From Chromera velia (lineage: Eukaryota): a DNA stretch of 52,586 nt. A program made the position numbers and the translations under genes. The notes beneath the pieces are model-generated. The model was not told the DNA's origin. It saw only the letters and a list, made by a program, of their open reading frames with translations, and searched no databases. Shown one piece after another: positions 13,138 through 25,344 of this stretch. Numbering within the stretch: position 1 is the first letter of the stretch; each line of letters opens with the position of its first letter. Location of the stretch: the NCBI GenBank assembly GCA_018398765.1, contig JAHBMJ010000246.1:1-52586 (forward strand), in the 5' to 3' direction.

Positions 13138-13455
13138 ATGAAGAGGCCGGACCGTGATGGGTGGAGGTCTCTGAGAACTGCCCTTGACGTTGCAGTCAAA
13201 ACTTTGCTTAGAGGGTTGACGGGGGTTGAGCCTCAGCACATTGGGTGGTTCGACAGTAGTTTCGACTTCCGAATCGATGCACAGAGGCCTCAATTCACGG
13301 CACGCCTCTATTATAACAATCCAAGCTGGAGAGACGAGGTCGAGAAAATCTTGAAACGAGGAATGAAAGAAACGTCGATACAGCTTTCGGGAACGACCAT
13401 CGGCGTCACATTCTGCTATTGTCCAGAATCAGAACTGAAAAAGCTAAAATCCTGA
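13138..13455 (+). CDS. Probable terminal coding exon of an uncharacterised protein
   Basis: Open frame of ~105 codons with globular composition, preceded by a tgcag acceptor at ~13135 and followed by AT-rich sequence; no family recognised. Confidence 0.35.
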   Translation: MKRPDRDGWRSLRTALDVAVKTLLRGLTGVEPQHIGWFDSSFDFRIDAQRPQFTARLYYNNPSWRDEVEKILKRGMKETSIQLSGTTIGVTFCYCPESELKKLKS

Positions 13456-16400
13456 GCAATTTGGAACCAAAACCTAAAGAAAGTCAAACATTTAACAGAA
13501 AGATGAGTAATAATTCAATGATTGTGAACAAGATTTATTTCACCAAATTATAAATCTCTATATTAGATTAAGTAGTATTTAAAGTAGTATATATACTATA
13601 CGGAATTCTTCTTTTAATTTTACCCTAAACAATGTCCGGTGGAATGTCCGGTAAGTTAAAAAGTCTAGTAGTGACTTAAAAAGTCTAGTTACCAGACATT
13701 TTGACTTACTTTTTTGAAAAGTCAACTTACCATTTTGAAAAAGTCCCGTTGGTGCCTAGGTTGGACCACCTGCATGAATTTTGAGAAGTAATTTGAGTAT
13801 GAAGCTAAAAATTTCTGTACAATATAATTAAAGCGGGTTTGAAGCGGCTATAGCCTATAGAAGTAAACACTAATTTTTAAAGGCCTTTACCATTTTTTTT
13901 TTCATAACTAAAAAGAAATGGCTGAAATGTTCGGCTGTATCCGGTTATCAAAAATGGTAAATCCCTATTGTAGAACACGATTTTTAAACTAGTTAATTTA
14001 CTAAGTTAAATTTTAAAGAATTTTAAAGTTTAAACTCAGTTTGTGTGCAATTAAAGCTAATTTTAGAAACTAAAAAATAAATGTAGACAGATTACTGTTC
14101 TAGCAGTTGTACACGTTATACCGTAGATCAATCCATAAAACTCGATGTAAAGTGTTTTAAAGTATACCATTGTAACTGGCAGTCTGGCACTGTTGTTTGC
14201 AAAAGACGAAGCCGTTTTATAAAATGTTTTCCTTTGATTTTGCCACGTCTTCAAAATCTACGTACTCCTGCAGCAGGATACGGAAAGCATTGACAGGACC
14301 TCCAAACGCACCCCCGCTTCACTGGTTTTCTTTCGTGTTGACTTGCTTGCCCCCTCTGGCGCTCATCAGAGAGATTCACCTCCCCCCTCGCTTGGTCGAA
14401 GCGGTATGACGTGTTATGCCAAATTGATAAGCCCCTCTCTGTGGCCGCATGGTGGGTTTCGGAACAAAAGTGTGTGTAACTGCAGGTCGCACGCTTTGCT
14501 TGCTTCCACAACGAAAAGACAAGACCCCTGCAAGGGATTCTTTTCAAGAATGATCGTTTGTCTGCGCGTGAAGGCCGGTCAACTGGGAGAATTCTGCCGA
14601 TAACTCGATCGTGTTTTCGTTTCTGGCCTCTTGTCTCTCTCTCTCTCTGTAGCATCTGTACCCACTCCTACCTTCCGGTTATACCACGGGACGCTCTCTC
14701 ACCACTGAGACGCAGCGACCGCGCCGGGGCGATTAGGGGCAGTCCTTCCCGAATGGGGCGAGAAGGACTTGTTCATTCGACAGGGACGCTGCCGAACTAG
14801 CCTGTGGGCAAGATTACTACAGAGAGAGACAGAGGAAAGATGGACCTAGCTTGCTTCTGTGAGCTCTCGTGGAACCCGCTTTCCTTCCCTTACTCGTCTG
14901 TGCGGAGTGCAAAAGGGCAAGATTTGAGCCGTCACGCAGGCTTCGGGTCATCCATCTTGCGAGGCCCGTCCTCCATGAGTGGGATGGAGAACGAGCGATG
15001 GGGAAAACGCGGGCAGCTGGTGTCTCTTCGATTTGTCTGGGACGAGAGGACGGCTATTCGTCCTTCAACAAGGAGGACTGCAGTCGACCCCTGGTTGGTT
15101 TTTCGGTCGGTCCCATGCAGGTTTTCTGTGTCGGCCTCCCAGAAAGGGCTTGCATGGCAACACCAGAAATCAGCTGCTGCCACCTCACTTCTCGTCTCTT
15201 ATCTTTCGTTTCCGCTCGGCTTCGTTTCATGTAGAGAGAGACTTGAAGGACTGCTTGCCGGCGGGGATCACTGGTGGGTGATGCTGAAATATGCTGAATC
15301 AACTCATCCTGAAAGGATTGGGGAGGCTGTTGCATGCGGATGAACCCCGGTGGGCGTTTCTTTTGCTTTGTGCGTCTTGCTCGTCTTCCTGCTTTAGAGC
15401 ACTGACGGAGAGATGGGTCGGTTTGGACGGGGGGGCTGATGTGTGTGTGCCCTTTCTGTAGGAACGTCGTGAATGATCCTTTTCTCTTGGGGCATATGGG
15501 ATGGAAAGTTGAGAAAGACCGGGAGGCCTGTGGAAATCGATCCGATTCAACTGTCCGGATTGCACTGTGGAAACCGAGAAGGACCGGTTTGTACTTTCCC
15601 TATGTATGTAGCACCTCCTGAAAGCAATTGAGACTGATCTGTCTGCTCTTCGGTACTTGGGTCGTTGGGTGACCCGTCTCTCTCCGCCTTCTGCTTTCTC
15701 CTCTTTTGGATCTTGTGAGGTGGTAGCGGTTTCTTGGGAAGGCCATCTGGTGGCTGCAGGTGGTGCTGATGAGGCCGGGGGCTCATGCACTCACTGATGG
15801 TGGCTGGAGGAGAAGAGTCGCCTGCAGAGGGAACAGACGGGTTGGAGAAGGGCGCGGGTGCGGGCCGTGAAGGGGTTGGCTGCGAGGGGAAACCTGCTGG
15901 AGGGGGAGCGGTCGGATTGAGGGCTGACGGGGGGGGGAGGGGGGTGACCCTGAGAACGGGGGCGGTTTGGTTGGTTGGGAGAAGAGGGGGATGATGGGAG
16001 GGATGATGGGAGGGCCGGTGTCTCGACAGGGTTTCGAAGCACAGGAAGGGCTGTCCGGAGGTGGAGGGAGAGGTCCGTCTCCCCCACTGGACGTGTTGGG
16101 GTTGTTATAAGAAGTGAAAAGCGTGCTTGACGTCCGAACGGATTTGACCAACGTCTTGGCCAACCTCCTCCTTCTTTTCTTTCATCTGGCAAGTCTTTGT
16201 GCTTGAAAGTTGGTCTAATGTGTATTTGCTTTCTCTCGCAATTTCCGATATTGATTCTGCTCCCCGCCAGACCAGCAAGTCCAACCTGGGCACTCGTTCT
16301 GTCCGTGCAGACTGATCAATCACTGCCGGCATCCCCCACAAAAGACAGGCAATTGGCTGGCTTTCTCTCACTTCTTCTCCTTGCTTTCTCTCAAATTTTG

Positions 16401-17063
16401 CCCGATCGAGTGCATGGGACGGCACCCTTGACTCTCCTCGCGCTTTGTGATGCTTCTTCCCTTCCGGTCTCTGAGCGACTGTTCTGCAAGATCCCCTCAG
16501 CAAGAGAATGGCGGGACCGCTTTGAGCTGATCCCGACGGAGAGCCTGAGTGCAATGGAATGGAACGAAGAAGGAAAGAAAGAAGGACAACGAACAAAAAA
16601 AAGAGGCAACGAAGGAATCCAAGTGGAAGGTAGTCAAGAGAGAAAGGGCAAACCGGGAAAAAAACACAGGTTCAGAGCAGGAGTCGACGGTCAGCGAGAA
16701 AGAGCTAGCGGCAGAAAGTTTCCAAAGACAGAAGACAACCTGCGTGTGAGTGCACGAAACTGGGTAAAAAATGAAAGAGCAATCCACTGACCAAAAGGAT
16801 CAAACTGGTTGACAGAGGGTGTTTCGGTCGCGTCGGCATAATCGTTCGCATTCAAGCGCCGAGCCCCAGCTGCGCTCCCTCTCCTGACTGCACAATGCCC
16901 AGCCTGGGGTGCGCTAGTCCTGATAGACCCACTGCGAAGCCGCACAAGACCGAGGCACGTCTTCCCATGACTGGGGTGCTCCCTACTTCTCCCGAATAAA
17001 AGCGAAGGGTCCGCGGGTGCTTTGCATCTCTCTCCTTCGCTTGATCAGTCTGAAGTTGTGTAC

Positions 17064-17329
17064 ACATGTGGACGCGAAGAAATGCGGCCGCCCCCTATCG
17101 TTTGATGATCAGGCGCAGACCGCCATTGGGTCGTGAAGTCATTGTTGTGCGCACGCTCTCCCTCTGAAAGTCGTTGGGGGAGTCTCGAGCGCTGGAACAT
17201 GTGGACGCGAAGAAATGCGGCTGCCCCCTATCATTTGATGATCAGGCGCAGACCGCCATTGGGTCGTGAAGTCATTGTTGTGCGCACGCTCTCCCTCTGA
17301 AAGTCGTTGGGAGTGATGCCAGCGCTGGA
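17064..17329. repeat. Tandem duplication with ~133-bp period
   Basis: acatgtggacgcgaagaaatgcggc...aaagtcgttggg starts at 17064 and at 17197; the copies are nearly identical. Confidence 0.9.
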
Positions 17330-17591
17330 GGGCCAAACACGAATAAAATTCGGGGATGGGTGTAGCGTTTAATTTGCGAAAGGCAGGGAGAGGGAACAGC
17401 CGTGACACGTGGGAGAGTTCAGGTAGGAGAGGAACAGGGACGGAGAGCTGCCTGGCGACGGAGTGGTCCACGAAAGACGAAGACGTGGCCAGAGAAGACA
17501 AGGGCCGCTTTGACTGGCCGACTGACTGACTGAAATGACGGCTTTCGAATGACTCTGGGGTTCTTGCAATCTTGAATTTTGACGCATGCAT

Positions 17592-18579
17592 TCAGTAGAC
17601 TCCTCCCGTGAAGCCAGCCATCACGACGCTCAGCAGGACCATGAAAGTTTTCTCCAGAGGAACTGCATGGAAACAATGGATCGAATCAAAATACACGCAG
17701 ACAAAGGGTGCGAACGAGCCGTCAAAAATTGTCAGCTGACCCCCCAAAAGATCGAAAATGCTGACAGACCTATATACTTTGCTGACAAGAACCGGGGAGA
17801 ATTGGGGGGCCAAGCGTGCAAGTACACTAGAGAATAAGACAGAGGGACTGCGAGAGAAGAGAAGAGAGAAGAACAAACTTGAGCGAGGACCCCCCCCATC
17901 AAAAACAAAGGACGTAGAGCGACTTGCGATCGGACCAGTTGCAGAGCACCTTGCATGTAGTCATACACACACGTGCATATCTCGGAATCTCCTCAAGCTT
18001 TTGTGTATACCCCCTCAATACCAACCTTGAACACTCCCTCGGGCTTTTCGTCCTCTTTTGCGATCCTCTCGTGTTCCATCAAGAAGAGAACGCAGGCCTG
18101 TCTCTCTTCTTCGTTTGCAAGAGGAGAATCGTGCAGAGAGTACTCGTCGCCGTCAGGAAATTCATCCACGAGCTCCCACTTCTCTTCGTTTGTAGAGGGG
18201 GTCACAAAAGACGAAGACGAAGAAGGGGAAGCCGATGAGGAGGCGGACTGAGAGATTGGAGAAGAGATGTCCACTGTGGAAGCGGGGTTTTCCTTCAGCC
18301 AGAGGGCTCTCTCACGATCCATTTCTGACATCTCTGTCCTTGTGTAGGACTCTCTGTCCTCCTCGTACATGTCTGATTGTGCCTCGAATCCTGAATTGGA
18401 CAGTCTGTCCTTTCATCGATCTCTGATCCTGATTGGGAGAAGGGCTCCTCGGAGTCCACCTCCGAGTTTCCAGTAGAAAGGATCGACATTGCCAAGCTCT
18501 CCTCCGGGGAGAACTCCACAAGTGTTCCGACTGCCATCAATGGAATGGCAGTTTCTGTATCGCTATGGTCGGAGTACAT
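17592..18579 (-). pseudogene. Fragmented gene for an uncharacterised protein with an acidic N-terminus and hydrophobic C-terminus
   Basis: Consecutive minus-strand ORFs (18295-18732, 17993-18370, 17732-17968, 17592-17876) look protein-like but change frame or stop; no family recognised. Confidence 0.3.
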
Positions 18580-18759
18580 TTTGTTGGATGGTCTCTTTCT
18601 GCAATGGTGGCTTGGAAGACGGTCGAGAGGGTTTCTTCTTGCGAAGTTTGCAGACGTGGCTTGCAGCAGCGTGGAAGAGGAGTTTCTTTCGCTCTTGGTC
18701 AGGCAAGAATGGCATGGAGAGGGAAAGGACATGACTTATCTGAGTATATATATAGATCA

Positions 18760-18960
18760 AAGATCGAAGTTCGATCGACCGCGATGCGAAAAATAATTTT
18801 AAATGAATTAATATTAGCATGCATGCATGCATGCATGCGAAAATTCAATATGAATGAATTAATTAATTAAAAAAAAAAAAATTGAAAAAAAAACATACAG
18901 CTATATATATAGAGAGATCAGCTATATATAGTCGTGAAGTTCGCCTTCTCCATGGCGTCG
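18760..18960. promoter_or_regulatory. Putative divergent promoter region with a (GCAT)n / TGCATGCA array
   Basis: gcatgcatgcatgcatgcatgc at 18817-18838 lies in an AT-rich island between a minus-strand gene remnant and the plus-strand tetraspanin-like gene. TGCATGCA is a known ApiAP2-bound motif in apicomplexans. Confidence 0.45.
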
Positions 18961-19234
18961 CCAGTGGCGTCGCCGCAGGGCAATTATTCTCTCCCTCCCT
19001 CTTGGTCAGTCTGCATGGTTGTCAGATCCCGAGTGCCTTACATATCTGAATGACCATCAGCAGTTCCCTTGCGATCTGAAAACACTACTGGTGTTTTGCC
19101 TCTAGACAGAAGGAAAGGGTGAGCCTGTGTGCGTCTTTACGTTTCTAAAAGTCGAAGTAATGACTGTGCATTTGTTTTTTATGATGGTATTGAAGAGACA
19201 GCATCGATAGGCAGTCTTCGAGGGAGGCAGGGAA

Positions 19235-21062
19235 ATGCCGAAAAAGACAAGGGGGTGTTTGCAGGGTGGTGTAGGTGCCAAACTGTGTGAGCACTGTAAG
19301 GACCACGAACAGCTCTGGATCTTCTATGCAGTCGTGCTTGCCATTCTCACTCTGATTGTGTTCTTCGATACCGGCACTAACTTCGCTTCTGAGCACGTGC
19401 GAATATGGTGCCAAGGCTTTCCCATCTACACCGAGTGGGCTGCTCTCGGGGCGCTGCTCCTGGTTGCGCCCTTTGCCAGCATCGTTCACTGCATGCAGCT
19501 CTCTCAAGCCAAGACACGAGTCCTAGTGGTCAGTCAGATCGCCGTCATGGTTTGGAAATCTTATTGAGTGTATCTCGCCGGTGTGTGCTCGGAATGCGAA
19601 GTCTGGAGGTCATCGCTTCCGTCGACGTGCCAGTGAAGTTTAGGTAGCAGTCTCCTTACCTTCACCGCTCTCCCCTCTCTTTTCTCGCTGTTGTAAGTGT
19701 GATCGGTGTGACTGTTGGAGGAAAGACGGTGGAGACGGCTAAAGGCTGGGTGTACTCATATGTCTTCCATGGGTGCGAAAACGATCGTGCAGACAAGTTT
19801 TTTCTCTGTCCTGGGGATTGTCTGTATCGGACTGGCGGCACTCAACCTCAGGCAGACATACCTGGTCAGTCTCTCTTCTGTCTCCAACCCTCACCCAACA
19901 GAGCTTCAAAGGGAGTCGAAAGAAAAATCTCTCTTATTCCCCTCCTCGATCGACTGCTTCCTTTAACCGCCCCGCCCCGTGGCTCCCCTTCTCCCCTCCA
20001 CGTTCTTCTGCTCTTCCTCCGTCATCACCCCAATGTTCCTTTCCATCCATTCTCCTGAATATCACCTCCTCACGCCCCTCCGCGGGCCTCCCTTCAAAGT
20101 TTCTCGACTGACTGTATGCTCCGCGTCGCCTCCCTTGCATCATCACCTCCCCTCCAGTCGCTGCCTCCACACAGAGAGGCTGCATCATGACAACACGAAG
20201 CGCAGCTCGTCCCTCTCCCACCATCTTTCGTTGTCCTCCTTTGTCCTCAAGCAGCAGACCTGTGCATTGGTGTTTGTTTTGGTGGGGTTTGTGGGTGTGG
20301 AGGTCTGAGTGTGTATTTGTGTGTGTGTTGCTGATCGCTTGTGTTCCATCCTCTTCTTCTGCCTTCTCTCATCAATACTCTGTGCCGCTTCTGTGGCTCC
20401 ACCCATATTGAAGAGAATCTGTGCTCTACTCTGTTGTGTGCTGTCCTGTCCTGTGCGGTAATCCAAAGCGCACTTCAATTTTGCAAGGACACTTCTCGTG
20501 TTTTTTTGCGGAAGAGAGGGAGAGGCACAGCGTCCTGAATCTTTGCTCATTTTCCCATTTTGTTGGATGTCCTGCGTGCTTTCGAAGGACTTCGAGATGG
20601 GAGCGCTGCGGTAGGTTTCGAAAGAATGCAGGAAACGTGACATGAAAATCAGTTGAGGTAGACTTCCGTCCTCTCCCACGACTGCATGCTCGAGCCTTTC
20701 GATGATGGATGTTGTTCGTGCACTGCATGCAGACAATGGCGGAGCTCCGGAAGGATTGCGGCAAGGCAGGTCTCACAAAGGAGATTGAGGCTGTGTGGCA
20801 GAGGGCAGACGATATCTACACAGAGTGCGACAGGGCGAGACAGAAGCCTCTCTTCAAGTGCCCCAATCTCCACCTCGACAAATGGAAACCCGCGTGAGTC
20901 GAGTAGAGGCGTCTCCCTGGGGTTTATTTTGCTGTATCGATTTCCCCCTGAAGTACAGCTGTATGACTCAAGTTCTCCTTCCTCTCTGTTAGTCCTTTTG
21001 TCGGTTGGCATTCAGAGAGGGGGGGTCAAGCAATGTCTCTCTCTCTCTCACTCTCTTTGCGT

Positions 21063-21119
<57 letters not shown>

Positions 21120-21858
21120 ACTTTGTCCATGGACTTCACGCTCGCTGCACTGGAGATACAAGACCAATGGGTGAGTTTGCGCAATGGCTGCCCAGGTTTC
21201 TTAGTCAGGACCAAAAAGGATCTCCCTGCATGTATGTCTCTTTCCCTTTTCCTCTTTGCAGAGACAGAGCCCTGCTGGAGTATCTCGAGGAGACGGAGAG
21301 CGACTTCCACTGCTCTGCTTTCTGCCAGAAAGACCAACAGCCCCTCTTTCTGCGACAGAAAAAAATATCTAAAAATGGGTCAGTCTGTCGTTCGGGCTGC
21401 AGCTGTTTTGTGATTCTGTCTCCCTCTGCACTTTTGCAAAGTCTAGCGGGAGTTTCGAGAGATACTTCTGCCACCCTCAGTTCTGTACAGAAGGAAGGGG
21501 TGAAGGAAGGAAGGAAGGAAGGAAGGAAGGAAGGCAAAATGGAGAAAGGGACGGGCGGGACGGAGGAATCACGGAAGAAGGCTCTTCTCTTCATATCCAC
21601 CTCTGATGCTACCAAATGCACATATCACGGTCACAAATGAGAATCAAAAACCTTGTTGCAAACAAGAAAGTTGTTAGAAATCATGGAATAAAAAAAAGAA
21701 TAAGTTCCAGCTGAGGGTCAAACCTGACTCACTGACTTATTCGCTCAATAGGCCGGTCGTCAGGAAAAGAATCCCAGCTGCATCCAGCAGAGATTCAAAG
21801 GCTCTCTCTTCCAGATGCCAAGGCTCTCTCTCTGTCTCTCTCTCTCTCTCCGTGTATA

Positions 21859-21897
<39 letters not shown>

Positions 21898-21934
21898 ATG
21901 TATGTATGTGCATATGTATGTATGTATGTATGGA

Positions 21935-21974
<40 letters not shown>

Positions 21975-22113
21975 TGTGGCTGTGTGCAGGTGTGCGTGGC
22001 ATGTGGGGGGGAGAGTGGCCCTTGCAGGACGTGCCGCCTCTGTGGTGGCGGGGTCGATGGGGCTCTTCTTCTTTGCCATCGGCCTGATTGCAGCGTTTCT
22101 TCCGAATCTGTAG
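19235..22113 (+). CDS. Tetraspanin-like four-TM membrane protein (~246 aa); exons 19235-19528, 20258-20302, 20733-20893, 21262-21378, 21990-22113
   Basis: Five GT-AG exons splice into one open 741-nt frame. There are three N-terminal hydrophobic segments, a Cys-rich large loop (DCG, ECD, KCP, LEYLEETESDFHCSAFC, resembling the ExxFxCSGxC motif of alveolate tetraspanin-like proteins) and a C-terminal TM helix. Confidence 0.7.
21826..21975. repeat. Compound intronic microsatellite (CT)n(TG)n(TATG)n; similar tracts at 520-577, 1983-2024, 2160-2248, 9577-9630, 21036-21119 and 38295-38462
   Basis: Directly visible simple repeats inside introns. Confidence 0.95.
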
Positions 22114-22785
22114 GGGGGGGGAAGAGGGTAGGGTCATTGGTCTTCCTTCCGAATCCACTTGATCTCTCATTCCCTCCCCTTTTCGTTTTGCCCTTCTTGG
22201 CTGACAGTGTCTGCATGGTACTAATAGTTAAAAGTCTGAGCGGCTCCGTCTTTTTTGTGCAAAGTGATGTGGCCCCTGGGCAAGAAGGAAGCGAAACGGT
22301 GCAGCATGAAGGTGCTGAAGGATGAGCAAAAGAAATACACAAACTGGATTTGTTTCTAGATCTTGAGTTTGAGAAGCGTGCAGAGATGATTAGCGGCTTC
22401 TTCACACTCAGATTTAACAACCACACTTGCGAAGATAGAAGCTTAACAATACTTGACAAACATGTTTTGATTTCAAGTCAACAACTGCCATTTTTAAATA
22501 TTACTATAAACTTATAATCAAAGCTATAATTATATAATATATATCATCATCATCATCATCATCATACGCCATCGCTATCGGCCCATAATAGGCGTCTAGC
22601 GTTCGGCAAGTCACAACACGCAAGGCAGATTATTAAATAATGGACCCTTATTTCACAACCTTTAGCAAATAGCTTAACAGCTACATTTTTTCTCAAACTC
22701 TTCCACTTCTGGCAGGGCGTGCTTGCGCATGATTTATAAATATATATATATAATTATATATTATGGACTGCCAGAGCTCGGCTCC

Positions 22786-23247
22786 TGATGAGGCATCAAA
22801 GGTCAGAGAAAAGAGGCGCGCGCAGCATCATACCAGTTCAAATCGATCCGCGCACGCCGTCGAGCGAATTGTACGTGTCAGCAACATATGCATGAAGCGT
22901 TGCATGCGGGAAATTGCAATATACTGATTATATACACGTGAACATGCATACAGAGAATGCAGTACTGAAAGAGACTGGGTGCGAGTGAACAGAAAAGCAA
23001 AGAGCATGTCATGTACGGAATATACAAACAAATATATTACATAAAATATGACAGATATAGACACAGCAGACGTGGACGTGAGTGATCGATCGACCGATCG
23101 ACCGAGAATTACAAATACAGATAGAGAAAGTGTATCGAGGTCCGGACTAGAGAGATCTGTGAACTCGAGACCATTCCCGGAAGGCCAGACTTACGAGTAT
23201 ATGTACAAGCGTGGATCTCTGAGCTTAAATAAGCTAGGGATTCATCA
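22786..23247 (+). repeat. 5' LTR of element A
   Basis: TG...CA termini; direct repeat of 30466-30901, which is 26 bp shorter. Confidence 0.95.
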
Positions 23248-23389
23248 GATGGTGACAAAGAAGTGGGGTCTTTGTTCCATTTGTTGTCTTCTTCTTTGAA
23301 AACGAATTACATCTGCATTGAGGTGTGTGGTGTGTATGCAAGCTTGAACGTTTCCATCCTTCGATTTCTCAGACTATCTAAACTCAACA

Positions 23390-24919
23390 ATGGTTCTCTT
23401 CTCTCCTCAGCAGGTAGACGTTAATGCAAACTTCGGGGATCAGGTCGCGGCAATGTTCCCCGGCCTCAAAATCTACCTTACCGAGAAGATGGAACTGCAG
23501 GCTATCGACCCCGAGTCCCAGATCAACGACCTAACTGACCAGCAGGTCGCGAACCTCTCTTTTGAGCACCCTGACCGGATGGTAAAGAGCTCCATCTTTA
23601 AGTCCCTCTACAAGGACAAGAAGAAAATCCTTAAGCACGTCTACAACGAGACACTTCAAGGCAGAAAAGTGGACGGAAAGGATCCACTGATCTAGCTTGA
23701 AGTCGCTGATGCTGTTTTTTTGAAGATGGCGATGGACATCCTAGGTCTGGACACTAACCTTCTGAACAAGAGCAGCAGCGGCTGCCAACTTTTCCGGAAG
23801 TTGATTTACAACTATATCTTGACCACCATCGCTCAGAACATACTCTCCACCATGGACGCGGCCTTTGATGGAATTAAAAGCAGCAAGAAATTTAAGTAGG
23901 ACCCCTTCTGTCTCCTTGCCTACTTAGAGACTCATGGCACGAAGGACCCATGGAAGATCTTTAGATCCAAGAAGAGCGCCTTGTACACCTACATCAACTG
24001 CATGAGGCCTCGTGATGTACCTTTTGCCAACTGGATCCGGGACGCGGAGAAGTTGATGATCGAATTGGGTCAGGTGCCTTTGCCTGAAAGAAAGCCTGAC
24101 GGCACCTTTGAGACCGACACGTCCTGCCGATCAGGGGAGAGGGGCAAAGTTGTCTACTATGATATTACCACCAGCCCGCCCATCATCACCGAGATATACA
24201 TGACTCTAAAAGACAACTGCGGGTTAGAGATGCTTGCAGTCGAGTTGGACAGAGACATCGCAGACAGGACACTGTCCTGGCAAGCTTTTTGTGCGATATT
24301 TGCAAAGTACTTCACATCCACATTCCCGGATCAGGGGAAAAGGGGGAACAAAGAAGGGTATGTTATGGTTTTTCAAGAACAGTGGAAATAAATATAACAG
24401 CAGCAGCAGAGGCAACAGCCTCAGTATCCCCAGCATCAACAGATGCAGCAGTAGCAGAGTTGGAACAGGGGACGGGGAGGAAGAGGGTGTGGAGGATACA
24501 GAGGTGGCAGAGGAGGGTATGGACGGGGCGGCGGCAGGTACGGAGGAGGAGGGGACAGGGACTTCGGCGGCAATGCCGGCCAGCACTCCTCTTCCTCTTC
24601 TAACCATGGAGGAGGAAACGCAGGGAATCGCCAACAGGGGAGTCGCCAACCTGAGCAGCAGAGCAAAAACTTCTGGACTGAGAACAACGGTGAGCAAGCC
24701 AGCCTCTCTGTCTTTCCTCTTATGGTTTTCAACCTCTTTTTCTTCGCGTGCTCCTTTCTTCCAATTTTGTCTGCTCTGGTCATATGCGTAGCCCTTCATA
24801 CTTTGACGGACATAAGCAGTTGCACGCAGATCAGCACTAACATAGAAATGGAAGAACCATCCGCAGAGGAAGTCATGTGGCTGTTTGAATTTGATCAGAA
24901 GAATGATACAGAAATTTAA
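23390..24919 (+). pseudogene. gag: gag-like ORF of element A with in-frame stops and a Q-rich/RGG-rich C-terminus
   Basis: ORFs 23390-23695, 23981-24391 and 24722-24919 share one frame, interrupted only by TAG/TAA codons; it lies directly after the PBS. Confidence 0.75.
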
Positions 24920-25344
24920 AGTATGAACAGTTCAAGAAATAGCGGAAGGATTTTCATATCTCTGTCTCGAAGAAAAAGGTGAGTAGACTGTTAGAAGAGA
25001 AAAAGGTTCGGCCCTGTTTTTCTTCCCTAAGCAGTTTTACTGTTCTTTTCACAGAGATTGAGGAGGACAGTGAGGAAGTGAGTGAAAGACATAAAAGTAG
25101 AGAGAGTCAGACAGAAGAAACAAATGAGAGAAGTAGAGACACATCAGAGAGGAGAAACACACATACAGACAAGCAAAGGAAGATGGTGGGAAGAGAAGAG
25201 AATGACAAGAAGGCTTCACCAAACAACGCAGAGAAAGAGGAAAAGAAAAAGATGACAAGAAGGGGGAAGAGACAGTGAAGGAAGAACGAAGAGGAAGATG
25301 AGACTCAAAAGACACCGACAGGGGAAAAGAGGGGGGAAGACTTC

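Noticed and set aside
14400..17060. Minus-strand gene with a proline-rich exon (15783-16163)
   Set aside because: Probably genic, but no consistent splice model or family motif could be supported
21760..22459. ORFs rich in CV/HT/SL dipeptides here and elsewhere in the ORF track
   Set aside because: These are translations of intronic microsatellites
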